Source: Spirochaetota bacterium (GTDB lineage Bacteria; Spirochaetota; UBA12135; COTS27; CBDBHE01). Taken from it: DNA of 64,000 nucleotides. The translations under genes were made by a program, and so were the position numbers. Each line of letters starts with the position of its first letter. The stretch's first letter is position 1. The notes beneath the pieces are model-generated. The model worked only from the letters and a program-made list of their open reading frames with translations. It was not told where the DNA came from and searched no databases. This document shows positions 32,145 to 41,459 of this stretch, one piece after another. The stretch covers positions 256,001-320,000 of the forward strand of contig CBDBHE010000007.1 in the NCBI GenBank assembly GCA_965205605.1, read 5' to 3'.

Positions 32145-32863
32145 TAATTCCTCTCTAAACCCTTGCGATCAATTTGATCAATTTTCTCTTCCCTGTTCTC
32201 AATTTCCAAGTCTTCTGGTTTTCTTCCTAAAAAATCAGCTTCTTTTTCTTGGACTTCATTAGAAAAAAAAGGGTTCTTTTCAAACCACGTTTGATTGGTA
32301 TTTTCTTCTAGTCCTTCGTAACCTAGTTGTCTCACCACTTCAAATTGACCCGTTTCAATTAAACGCTCTAAATGATAGCTGAGAAGATCAAACAATTTTT
32401 CTAAAGCTTCTTTATAAGCAAAAAAATCTCCTTCCTCTTGATAGTGATACAATCTAGAAAGTTTTAACGGCTTACTTCTCACATAATAAGCTTTCGTCTT
32501 CACATCTCTCATCGTCACCCAAACGTCTAATATCAACCTTCTTTGATGAGGCCCGCTGGGATGCCTGCGAACTAAGACTTCTTTCTCAAATCTCCTAATC
32601 TCCAAGTCTAAATAAACATCAGCTGATTTTAAACGATTGACCCATCTTAATTCTTGTGAAAACTTAAAATGATTTTCTAAGTCTTTTTTTAATAACTCCC
32701 CCACTTCCCTAGCACTAGAAAAATTAATCACCGATCCAATATAAATCGTTTTTTCACTATAAGGAATAAATCGTTGATTGTTTTTAACCTGCTTGCCCGC
32801 ACAATCTATCAAAAAAAAAAAACCAAGCAAACAAGCCAAACCAAACAAATCAAAAAATCTCAT
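32144..32863 (-). CDS. lptE: LptE-like LPS assembly lipoprotein
   Basis: Lipobox, TIYI..V.N, AD.YL..EI; lptE-holA synteny. Confidence 0.6.
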   Translation of the reverse strand: MRFFDLFGLACLLGFFFLIDCAGKQVKNNQRFIPYSEKTIYIGSVINFSSAREVGELLKKDLENHFKFSQELRWVNRLKSADVYLDLEIRRFEKEVLVRRHPSGPHQRRLILDVWVTMRDVKTKAYYVRSKPLKLSRLYHYQEEGDFFAYKEALEKLFDLLSYHLERLIETGQFEVVRQLGYEGLEENTNQTWFEKNPFFSNEVQEKEADFLGRKPEDLEIENREEKIDQIDRKGLERN

Positions 32864-33013
32864 TAAAAAATTATAAACTCCAAACTTCTTTTCTACTCTA
32901 AAAAGACTATCTTTTTTTAATATTTTTTAATACAATCTTTTAAATAAACCCTTCTTTTTTTTCAAATGAATTTTATTTAAAACCCATTTATCTTCATTTA
33001 ATTTTTAACTCTG

Positions 33014-34546
33014 ATGCCTTTTTTATTTTCCTTTCGAGCTAAAGCCGATCTCTTTACCTACCACCTAAAAAAAACCCCCCAAGCTCCCTTTCTTCATACT
33101 CCCAAAAAGACGTTTACTTATCAACGTTTTCATGAAAAAATTTTGTCTTTTAAAAAAGCATTGCTCTCTGAAAACCTTCTTGGCTTTCTTTCCCCCCCCT
33201 TTCCTGTCGCCTTTGCCATTTCTCTTTCCTCAGACGCTTTGGCAATGCTCATCGCCCTCTATCAACTCAAAAAACCAACCCTTCTCTTAAACCCTCTCTT
33301 GCCTCCAAAATCTCTCTTGCCTTATCTAAAACAACTCCATATTCATCTCTTCATGGTCAGCGAACCTTCTTCTTATTTTTTACAATTTCCCTTTCCAAAA
33401 CCAATCAAGCTTTTAACTCTCTCTTCCTTAACCTTCCAAACGGCAAAACCTTCTTTGCCTTTGCCTATTAAGAAGCCTTCTCTGAAGAAGCCTTCTCTAA
33501 AAAAAATTAAAAAAACTTTTTTACAAAAACCCCTTCATTACCTTCTAACCTCCGGGAGCAGTCAAACACCCAAAATCGCCACCCTCTCTTTACAAAATCA
33601 CCTCTCCAACGCCAAACAAGTCAAACACCACTTTCACCTAAAAGCCAGTGATACTTGGCTGCTAAAACTCCCCCTTTATCATGTCAGTGGACTCTCTATT
33701 GTTTTCCGTTGCCTTTTAGTGGGAGCTGCTATTTTTTTGAGCCCACTGGCAATCTCTTCTACTTTGTTTTCTCATCCCTTCATCACACACCTCTCCATGG
33801 TCGAATCTCAATTTAAACAATCTCTCGCTGATCACCCCAGTGCCCTTCAAATCCCAAAAGTCATTCTCTTAGGGGGTAGCCTTCTTTCCAAACAAACCCT
33901 CTCCCTTGTCCATCAATTCAAAAATCTCTACCCCACCTACGGAATGACCGAAATGGCTTCTCAAGTCGCCACTTACTGCCCTAAAAAAAAAAAATTAAAA
34001 ATACTTCATTCCGTCAAGCTCAAAATTAAAAACCAACAAATCTTTTTAAAAGGACCTTCTCTTTTTTTAGGGTACGCAAAAACCCCTCATCAATTGAGCC
34101 CCGCTCTCGATTCATCTGGCTATTTTCCAAGTGGGGATCACGGTCAAAAATTAAACCACCATTACTTACATCTCTTCGGTCGAAAAGACAATCTCTTTAT
34201 TTCAGGAGGTGAAAACATTAGAGCAGAAGAAATCGAAGCCATCCTCTTATCATTAAATCCCGTCAAAAATGCTCTCGTCATCCCTATCCCCCACCCAAAA
34301 TGGACCCACATTCCTATTGCAATCTTGGACCTCCACCTTCCTAAAAAAAAAACTTTTAAAGCAACTTGCCAGTGGATCCAAACAAAGCTTCCTTCTCTCC
34401 TCCCTAAATACAAGATTCCCTCTTCTTTTTATCCATTCCCTAAAAAATATCTCCCTAAACAAGCAAATTGGGGTAAAATAAAACGAAAGCAAATCCAAAC
34501 TTACTTTCAAACAAAACTGGCCTCTTTACATAAAAAAATAAAATGA
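33014..34546 (+). CDS. menE: o-succinylbenzoate-CoA ligase
   Basis: TSGSSQTPK, LPLYHVSG, YGMTEMASQ, GRKDNLFISGGENI, YKIP. Confidence 0.85.
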   Translation: MPFLFSFRAKADLFTYHLKKTPQAPFLHTPKKTFTYQRFHEKILSFKKALLSENLLGFLSPPFPVAFAISLSSDALAMLIALYQLKKPTLLLNPLLPPKSLLPYLKQLHIHLFMVSEPSSYFLQFPFPKPIKLLTLSSLTFQTAKPSLPLPIKKPSLKKPSLKKIKKTFLQKPLHYLLTSGSSQTPKIATLSLQNHLSNAKQVKHHFHLKASDTWLLKLPLYHVSGLSIVFRCLLVGAAIFLSPLAISSTLFSHPFITHLSMVESQFKQSLADHPSALQIPKVILLGGSLLSKQTLSLVHQFKNLYPTYGMTEMASQVATYCPKKKKLKILHSVKLKIKNQQIFLKGPSLFLGYAKTPHQLSPALDSSGYFPSGDHGQKLNHHYLHLFGRKDNLFISGGENIRAEEIEAILLSLNPVKNALVIPIPHPKWTHIPIAILDLHLPKKKTFKATCQWIQTKLPSLLPKYKIPSSFYPFPKKYLPKQANWGKIKRKQIQTYFQTKLASLHKKIK

Positions 34547-35178
34547 TTCGTACCGTAATTTTTATCTCAGGTCGTGCTTCTAATATGTTAAACATTTTAA
34601 AAGCAACTGAAAATAAAGTCTTAAAAAAAATTAAAGTCACCCTCGTTGTTTCTGATCAAAAAAACGCCATGGGTCTTTCTATCGCCAAGGAAAAAAAAAT
34701 CCCTACTCATCTCCTTCCTGCTTCTCCTTTTAAAACCAAGCTCTCTACTAAAATCGAAGCCAATCTAGTTTCCCATCTCAAACACCTAAAAACAGACTTA
34801 ATTTGTCTAGCCGGCTACATGAAAATCATCAAGTCACCCCTTCTAAACGCCTTTGAAAAACGTATCTTAAACATTCATCCTTCCCTCCTACCCCTCTACC
34901 CCGGTCTTAACGCCCAAAAACAAGCCCTCCTCGACAAAGCTAAACAATCCGGCTGTACCCTCCATTTCGTCGATCAAAATATCGATACCGGTCAAATCTT
35001 ACAACAAAAAAAAGTCCCCATCCTCCTCAGTGATACCCTCTTTTCTCTTTCAAAACGCATCTTAAAACAAGAACACTCCCTCTACATCGACGTCTTAAAA
35101 AAAATCGAATCCGGGCAAATCCCTTTAGGAAACTCAAAAAAAAGCCCAAAACCCCTTTCTCCTCATGAACCCAATTGA
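34543..35178 (+). CDS. purN: Phosphoribosylglycinamide formyltransferase
   Basis: ISGRASN, LAGYM, NIHPSLLP, GCT.HFV...DTG. Confidence 0.96.
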   Translation: MIRTVIFISGRASNMLNILKATENKVLKKIKVTLVVSDQKNAMGLSIAKEKKIPTHLLPASPFKTKLSTKIEANLVSHLKHLKTDLICLAGYMKIIKSPLLNAFEKRILNIHPSLLPLYPGLNAQKQALLDKAKQSGCTLHFVDQNIDTGQILQQKKVPILLSDTLFSLSKRILKQEHSLYIDVLKKIESGQIPLGNSKKSPKPLSPHEPN

Positions 35179-36139
35179 AAAGCTTTTCGGAAACAAGTGC
35201 CTCTTACTAGCCCCCATGGAAAACGTCACCAATACCGTCTATCGACTCCTCTGTCGTCAAATGGGAGCCGATGGAGTTTATACCGAGTTTATTAGTTCTG
35301 AAGGTCTCATCAGAGGGTGCAAACGAGGGTTTAAAAAAATGGCCTTTCAACAAGCCGAACGTCCCATCGGCATTCAAATCTATGGCTCCGATGACGAAGC
35401 CATGACCAAAGCCGCTCTTCTCGCTTCAAAGGCAAAACCTGATTTCATCGACATCAATGCCGGGTGTTGGGTTAAAAAAGTTTCCAATAGAGGCGCCGGC
35501 GCCGCTCTTTTAAAAAATCCTAAAAAAATGCAAACCATGATTAAAAAAATCGTCAAAGCTGTCGACCTTCCCGTCACCGTCAAAACACGCCTCGGTTGGG
35601 ACCAAAAATCAATCGTCATTGAAGAAGTCGCAAAACGAATCGAAGACGCCGGAGCCAAAGCCCTCACCCTTCATTGCCGTACTCGCATCGGAGCCCACAC
35701 CGAAAACGTCAATTGGTCTTATATTAATAAACTTAAGTCTATTTGTGATTTCCCCATTTATTTAAACGGAGGCGTTATCCATTCAGCCGATGTCCTCTCC
35801 GCTTTTACACAAACCAACGCCAATGGACTGATGATCGCTCGCGGCGCCATCGGTAGCCCTTGGATCTTCTCAGAAGCAAAACAACTCCTAAAATATGGCT
35901 ACATCAAAAACCCTTTCTCTTTAAACCAAAAAATTAATCTCTGCCTAAATCACCTCTCCCTTTTCATTCAGCTCAAAGGAGAGCCTATCGCTATCAAAGC
36001 CTTTAGGCGTTATTACCACGGTTACTTAAAAGGAACCACTCACATCACCTCTTTTAGAAATACCCTCATGCAATTACAATCCTTCCACCAAGTCAAATCT
36101 CTTCTTCTTTCTTTACAAACTTCTCCACCTCTTTCTTAA
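35165..36139 (+). CDS. dusB: tRNA-dihydrouridine synthase
   Basis: LAPME, DINAGC, GAGAALL, VTVKTRLGW, MIARGAIG.PW. Confidence 0.93.
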   Translation: MNPIEKLFGNKCLLLAPMENVTNTVYRLLCRQMGADGVYTEFISSEGLIRGCKRGFKKMAFQQAERPIGIQIYGSDDEAMTKAALLASKAKPDFIDINAGCWVKKVSNRGAGAALLKNPKKMQTMIKKIVKAVDLPVTVKTRLGWDQKSIVIEEVAKRIEDAGAKALTLHCRTRIGAHTENVNWSYINKLKSICDFPIYLNGGVIHSADVLSAFTQTNANGLMIARGAIGSPWIFSEAKQLLKYGYIKNPFSLNQKINLCLNHLSLFIQLKGEPIAIKAFRRYYHGYLKGTTHITSFRNTLMQLQSFHQVKSLLLSLQTSPPLS

Positions 36140-36186
36140 AAAAAATAAATCACTCAGCTTACAAGTTACTAAAAAATAAATCCTTT

Positions 36187-36312
36187 TTACAAAGCAAGTA
36201 ATAACACCATAAGAATAATAATAAAAACTAAAACAAACCCTTGGATTAAAAAACTTTCTGTTTTTTTTAAACGTTTGATTTGTTTATCAAAACTTTCATT
36301 TTTTAGTGCCAT
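36187..36312 (-). CDS. 41-aa small membrane protein (unannotated)
   Basis: MALKNESFDKQIKRLKKTESFLIQGFVLVFIIILMVLLLAL; RBS-like AAGGTGGTGA before the ATG. Confidence 0.6.
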   Translation of the reverse strand: MALKNESFDKQIKRLKKTESFLIQGFVLVFIIILMVLLLAL

Positions 36313-36405
36313 TTCACCACCTTTTTCTTAAGTAAAAAAAAAAATCCCTCTAAAAATCCCTCTTTTAGTGGCTTAAAATTAAAAAAAATTCATTCGCTTA
36401 AAAGA

Positions 36406-36449
36406 AAAAAGGAGAAAGGAGAAACACCAAAATGCTTCTCCTTTTTTTT
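36406..36449. terminator. Bidirectional-type intrinsic terminator
   Basis: GGAGAAACA-ccaaaa-TGCTTCTCC stem flanked by A and T runs. Confidence 0.65.
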
Positions 36450-36687
36450 GTAAGCACAACAACCACTATTATTTTTATAATAATTAAGCAAGATAAAAGC
36501 ATGACACTTTTACTTGCCCTAGTGATATAAACGGTTTTTGAGTCTTAAATTATAATGTCCGGGCTTTTAATTTTTTTTTGAGTCTTTTTTAAAGATTCGT
36601 TTGAACAAAACCGACCCCCCCAAAAAAAAAAGTCTAATCTGAAGGTTGAAAATGAATGAAGAGAATGAATGAAAAAAAAACAGAACC

Positions 36688-36734
36688 ATAATAAAAAGAA
36701 ACTTTCTTAGTAAAAAGAAGTTTCTTTTTATTAT
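36688..36734 (-). terminator. Hairpin terminator after the Spy-like gene
   Basis: ATAATAAAAAGAAACTT...AAGTTTCTTTTTATTAT inverted repeat. Confidence 0.65.
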
Positions 36735-36780
36735 ACCTTAAAGAAAAAAGAAAAACCTAATAAATAAATTAGAACAGAGC

Positions 36781-37872
36781 TTACGCTGCTTTTTCTTCGT
36801 TTTTAGAATTAATAATTTCTTTAGCTTTAGCTTCTTTTTTAGCCTTAGCTTTGGCTTTAGCTTTGGCTTCTTTTTTCGCCTTTGTAGCTTTACAAGCACC
36901 ACTATACCAACAACCTTTGGAATCTGCATCTCCATCAGCATATAAATGATAGAGAGAAGACGTTTTGCTTACTGCAGAAGCTTCTTTAGACTTACATTTT
37001 TTACAAGTTTCTCCATCTTTACAGTCTTTACACCCCTTCTTTTTAGATTCACATTTTTTGCAAGCTTCTCCATCCTTACAATCTTTACACCACCTCTTTT
37101 TAGATTTTTTCTTCATCATCGAAGCCATTTGAGAACGCTGCTCTGAGTTTAAAAGAGAATGCATCGTTTCTTTGGCAGTAACTGATTTTTGTTTGGCAGC
37201 AGAGATTTTTGCAAGATAAGCCTCCACCTCACTAGTGTGTTCAGAAGAAAAAAAAGTGTCTTCAGCGACTTTGGCATAAAGCATTTGTTTAAAAGCGGCA
37301 TACAGTTTTGCCATGTTAACCTTGGCATCCATACTGTCCTCTAAGGCTTTTGAAAAAGCAGGTGCTTTATCGGCTGCCAAATTAAGAGATTGGATTAGTT
37401 TTTCTTTTTTAGCTTTTCTTTTATCCTCATTGACTTCTTTTCCAAAACGATTTGTTTTCATCTTTTTCTTCAAAAGAACCTTAGAGAATTGTTGTCTTTG
37501 GCTAGAATTTAAAGTCTCATGAAAAACTTTTAAAGCAGCAATCTTTTTATCTAACAACTGCTTTTTAACCTCCATGATTTTACTCACGTCTTTACTCGCT
37601 TTTTCAGCTGAAAAATCATCTGCCTTAAAAAGAGCCGTCATGTTTTTTCCGTATTCTTTTTTAGCATCTCTCATGGCTACTTTGCCTTCAAAACTAACAT
37701 GTAGATAATCTTTTAAGCATCCTTTTTGATGCTTATCTAACTTTAATTTTTTAGCAAGGACTTTTATTTTATTTTTTTTTTTAAGTTCTCCTCTATTAGC
37801 TGTTTGAGAACAACTGACCATTATCGATGTCCCAAAAGCTAATACAGTAACTAAGTAAATTAATTTTTTCAA
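36781..37872 (-). CDS. Lipoprotein with tandem Spy/CpxP-like domains and Cys-rich tail
   Basis: Lipobox MVSC, LNSSQR and LNSEQR (LTxxQ-like), two CKDCKDGE(A/T)CKKC repeats. Confidence 0.7.
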   Translation of the reverse strand: MKKLIYLVTVLAFGTSIMVSCSQTANRGELKKKNKIKVLAKKLKLDKHQKGCLKDYLHVSFEGKVAMRDAKKEYGKNMTALFKADDFSAEKASKDVSKIMEVKKQLLDKKIAALKVFHETLNSSQRQQFSKVLLKKKMKTNRFGKEVNEDKRKAKKEKLIQSLNLAADKAPAFSKALEDSMDAKVNMAKLYAAFKQMLYAKVAEDTFFSSEHTSEVEAYLAKISAAKQKSVTAKETMHSLLNSEQRSQMASMMKKKSKKRWCKDCKDGEACKKCESKKKGCKDCKDGETCKKCKSKEASAVSKTSSLYHLYADGDADSKGCWYSGACKATKAKKEAKAKAKAKAKKEAKAKEIINSKNEEKAA

Positions 37873-37988
37873 GGGTATTATCCTCCTTTTATTTAAGCCC
37901 CAATTATAGCATACTCAATGCATAAAATGATAGTATCTAATAAATAAAATTTTTTTTTAACCTTACCAAAAAAAGAATTACATGACCC

Positions 37989-39242
37989 TTACATGACCCC
38001 TTTAGTGCTAGGAAGCTGTTTAGAAACAAGGGTGACCGCAGACGCTAAAGCCTTGGCAAACGCTTTGAAGCTGGCTTCAATTTTGTGATGCATGTTGTCT
38101 CCTTTAAGCGTAAGGTGCAAGCTTACCCCAGCAGATTTACTAAATGAATCAAAAAAATGCTTCAACATTTCTGTTGGAAAATCTCCCACATACTCTCTTG
38201 AAAAACTCCCTTCAAACACTAAAAACGCCCTGCCTGAAACATCTAAAGCACAAGCACTCACACTCTCATCCATCACCGCCACTTTTTTGATGCTTTTTTG
38301 CTCTTCTCTTTCCACCAAACTTACAGAAGTCAAAAATCCAACCTCTGGGTAAAACCCATATCGATTAATGCCTTTTTTATCCCCCAGAGCCTTTAAAAAA
38401 CACGCCCCCAAACAAATCGCTGTGTCTTCAATAAGATGATGTTCATCAACATGCAAGTCATTTTTCTTCACCTCTAGCTCCAAATCCATCAAACTATGAC
38501 AAGCTAATTGAGAAAGCATGTGATCAAAAAAATGAAGACCACTTTTGCCTTGATAAACCCCACTACCTTCTAAAGTCAACTTACAATTGATACTCGTTTC
38601 TTTCGTTTCATAACAAACCACCCCTTTGCGTTTTGAACAAAGGGTAAACTCTAATAACTCAAACCAATCACGACAAAAAGTCGTTTGTACCTCTTGCCAC
38701 CTTAACCCTTCCTCCTTGCCTCCCTTTTCATCTGCAAAAAGACCTTCTTCATTTCTTTTATCGTTTGGCACCAAAGAAAAACTTTCAATCCCTAGGTTTT
38801 TGGCAAACAAAGCATCCGTGGGCCTATCACCTATCATTAAAGAAGCTTGTTTGTCTATGTCATTATTTTTTAAATAGTCTAAAACCATCCCTACATTGGG
38901 CTTTCTCATGGGGCTATTTTCATGCGCAAAATGAGCATTAACAAACACTCGCTTAAAAAAAATGCCCTGAGAAGAAAAGGTTTGTAAGATGAAATCTTGC
39001 ACCTTATCAAAATCTGACTGCAAGTATTGCTCGCTACCCAAACCGTCTTGATTGCTGACCATCACAAGCTCATAGCCAGCTTCTACAAATTGCTTTAAAA
39101 CAATCACCACCCCCTTAGTAAAGCGAATCTCTGAAACCTCATTAATTTGTAAACAAGATCCTTCTTCAATTAAAGTCCCATCTCGATCTAAGAAAAGAAC
39201 TTTTGTTGCTTTCTTGGGTTTGAGAAGACTCAAAAAAGACAA
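37989..39242 (-). CDS. hisB: Bifunctional histidinol-phosphatase / imidazoleglycerol-phosphate dehydratase
   Basis: FLDRDGTL, SNQDG, RKP, FFDHML, DEHHLIED, NMHHKIEA.FKA, PSTKG. Confidence 0.96.
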   Translation of the reverse strand: MSFLSLLKPKKATKVLFLDRDGTLIEEGSCLQINEVSEIRFTKGVVIVLKQFVEAGYELVMVSNQDGLGSEQYLQSDFDKVQDFILQTFSSQGIFFKRVFVNAHFAHENSPMRKPNVGMVLDYLKNNDIDKQASLMIGDRPTDALFAKNLGIESFSLVPNDKRNEEGLFADEKGGKEEGLRWQEVQTTFCRDWFELLEFTLCSKRKGVVCYETKETSINCKLTLEGSGVYQGKSGLHFFDHMLSQLACHSLMDLELEVKKNDLHVDEHHLIEDTAICLGACFLKALGDKKGINRYGFYPEVGFLTSVSLVEREEQKSIKKVAVMDESVSACALDVSGRAFLVFEGSFSREYVGDFPTEMLKHFFDSFSKSAGVSLHLTLKGDNMHHKIEASFKAFAKALASAVTLVSKQLPSTKGVM

Positions 39243-39297
39243 AAAACCATGCTGCTTCTATTTTTTTTAAGAAAAACTTAAAATAAAAATAAGCCGC

Positions 39298-39357
39298 ATG
39301 ATTTACTTTATGATTTACTTTATGATTTACTTTATGATTTACTTTATGATTTACTTT
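39298..39357. repeat. Five perfect copies of ATGATTTACTTT
   Basis: Direct reading; last copy contains the stop codon of 39351..39884. Confidence 0.95.
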
Positions 39358-39884
39358 AAAGAAACACTTTTAAGTTGTGCTTTCATTCCAAGAGCCTTAG
39401 CATTCCCTAAAGAAATCACCAAACGATAAGCCTTTATATTTTCCGCTTTTTTAAAAACAATTTCTTTTTCAAGAGTCCCCTTTCCGGTTTTAGTGATAAT
39501 TTCGTTCAAAAGTCGTTTTTTATTAAAAGGTTTGCTCTTGTCGATAGGCTCAGTAGCACCGATTATCATGATAAGCTTGCTGGGTTCATTGCCTTTATCA
39601 GTCACTCGATAATTGACTTTAAACGTTCTTGTTTTTCCATCAGCAGGGACATAAACCTGAACCAATTCAAAAAGACCTTTCTTTTTTTTTTCACCCCATA
39701 ACCAGCCTCTTTTTACCTCTCCTCTAATCTTAATGTTTTTGTTTTCATTTTCCTTTTTAAAATCTAAAGAAAAAGACTTTATCGGCTCTTTTGAAAAACC
39801 CTCCGTCACCATTAAGGATAAGGCTAAAAGAAAAACCCCCAAAGAAACTTTTCTCATGATTTGATTCATTATTTTTTTAATCAT
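39351..39884 (-). CDS. Exported hypothetical protein, paralogue A
   Basis: Signal peptide; N- and C-termini identical to 40100..40693. Confidence 0.8.
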   Translation of the reverse strand: MIKKIMNQIMRKVSLGVFLLALSLMVTEGFSKEPIKSFSLDFKKENENKNIKIRGEVKRGWLWGEKKKKGLFELVQVYVPADGKTRTFKVNYRVTDKGNEPSKLIMIIGATEPIDKSKPFNKKRLLNEIITKTGKGTLEKEIVFKKAENIKAYRLVISLGNAKALGMKAQLKSVSLK

Positions 39885-39978
39885 ATTTTTTCCCTCTCTA
39901 ATTAATTAAAGTAAAGTCATTGACTTTTTTAAAGTTATTATACAATATTTTTTAAATTTTTTTGAGATTGCAGGCCAT

Positions 39979-40100
39979 GCTCATCGCCAGCTTCTACAAA
40001 TTGCTTTAAAACAATCACCACCCCCTTAGTAAAGCGAATCTCTGAAACCTCATTAATTTGTAAACAAGGTCCTTCTTCAATCAAAGTCCCACCTCAATCT
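39979..40100 (-). pseudogene. Duplicated 122-bp fragment of the hisB 5' region
   Basis: Matches 39068-39189 with about 5 substitutions. Confidence 0.9.
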
Positions 40101-40693
40101 CAAAAATAATCCGCATGATTGATTAAAGAAACACTTTTAAGTTGTGCTTTCATTCCAAGAGCCTTAGCATTCCCTAAAGAAATCACCAAACGATAAGCCT
40201 TTATATTTTCCGCTTTTTTAAAAATAATTTCTTTTATAAGAGCCCCTTTTCCGATTTTAGTGATACGTTCGTCCAAAAGTCGTAGTTTTTTATTAAAAGG
40301 TTTGCTCTTATCGATGGGCTCAAGAGCTTCGATCATCATAATAAGCTGGCTTTTTTCATTGCCTTTAACCATCACTTCATACTTGGCTGCAAGCTTTCTT
40401 ATTTTTCCATCAGCGGGGATATTAACCCAAATCATGTGATGCCAAACTCCCTTTTTTTTTTCAGCCCATAACCAGCCTCTTTTTACCTCTCCTTTAATTT
40501 GAATGTTTGTGTTTTCATTTTCCTTTTTAAAATTTAAAGAAAACGATTCTATCGGCTTTAGTTCCCAAGCCCTCTTTCTTACCCGCTTTGTCTTCTCTTT
40601 TGAAAAACCCTCCGTCACCATTAAGGATAAGGCTAAAAGAAAAACCCCCAAAGAAACTTTTCTCATGATTTGATTCATTATTTTTTTAATCAT
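40100..40693 (-). CDS. Exported hypothetical protein, paralogue B
   Basis: Near-copy of paralogue A with a 13-aa insert and extended C-terminus. Confidence 0.8.
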   Translation of the reverse strand: MIKKIMNQIMRKVSLGVFLLALSLMVTEGFSKEKTKRVRKRAWELKPIESFSLNFKKENENTNIQIKGEVKRGWLWAEKKKGVWHHMIWVNIPADGKIRKLAAKYEVMVKGNEKSQLIMMIEALEPIDKSKPFNKKLRLLDERITKIGKGALIKEIIFKKAENIKAYRLVISLGNAKALGMKAQLKSVSLINHADYF

Positions 40694-40921
40694 ATTTTTT
40701 CCCTCTCTAATTAATTAAAGTAAATTTATTGACTTAAAAAGCAAGATTATTGACTTTTTAAAAGCCATTATACAATATTTTTTCTAAGAAATCGAAGAAG
40801 AAAATGGATTGATAGGATTATAAGATGGGTAATTAATAGAAGGGGACAAGAAAGAGACGAGAAGGCTTGATAAAAGCGATGGGGTAACGTATACTTTCAA
40901 GGATTTTAAAGTGAATCACTA

Positions 40922-41419
40922 ATGGAAAAAGAAGAGAGGAAGAAGGAAAAACGGATGAAAAAGTGGTTTTTTAGTTTGAGTGTGCCTCTTATTTTGATGG
41001 GGGGAGGTTTAGAAGGGTCGTGGTTTAAAAAACCGAAGATTGAGCTAAAGAATGTAACCTTTAAAAGCTTGAGTAAAGAGTCTTTAGAGCTAAAGATGAC
41101 GTTAATGATTTCTAATCAAAATAGTATTGGTTGTCGATATAAGATTGGGAAGATTACTTTGTATGATGAAAAAGGCCAAGAAATTGGATTCATAAAGAAA
41201 ATAGGTTATAAGTCTCTGAAAGCAAAAAAGAAGCATAAGGTGTCTGTTGAAACGGTGGTAGAGACAGAGCAAGTGGTGAAGTTGATGTTTAATTTTTTAA
41301 TGCAAAAAGATTTTAAGTTTAAAGTAAAGGGGAAGGCAGTGGTCAACATTTTTTTAATTCTTTTTTTTAAGGTTTCATTTGAAGAGCAGCTGGAGGTTGA
41401 CTCTGGGGCTATTTTTTAA
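40922..41419 (+). CDS. LEA_2/WHy-domain protein
   Basis: KKPKIELKNV, I.NQN.I, beta-sandwich pattern. Confidence 0.7.
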   Translation: MEKEERKKEKRMKKWFFSLSVPLILMGGGLEGSWFKKPKIELKNVTFKSLSKESLELKMTLMISNQNSIGCRYKIGKITLYDEKGQEIGFIKKIGYKSLKAKKKHKVSVETVVETEQVVKLMFNFLMQKDFKFKVKGKAVVNIFLILFFKVSFEEQLEVDSGAIF

Positions 41420-41459
41420 AGGGGGCAGGGAAAAAAGAAAAGAGGAAGGAGGGTGATAA

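Noticed and set aside
39298-39357. CRISPR-like repeats (also 56697, 46366, 59082)
   Set aside because: Head-to-tail units without spacers; no cas genes in the window
39068-40100. Diversity-generating retroelement TR/VR pair
   Set aside because: Mismatches are not adenine-specific (a>c, a>g, t>c, t>c, g>a), no reverse transcriptase is present, and tandem duplication explains the copy
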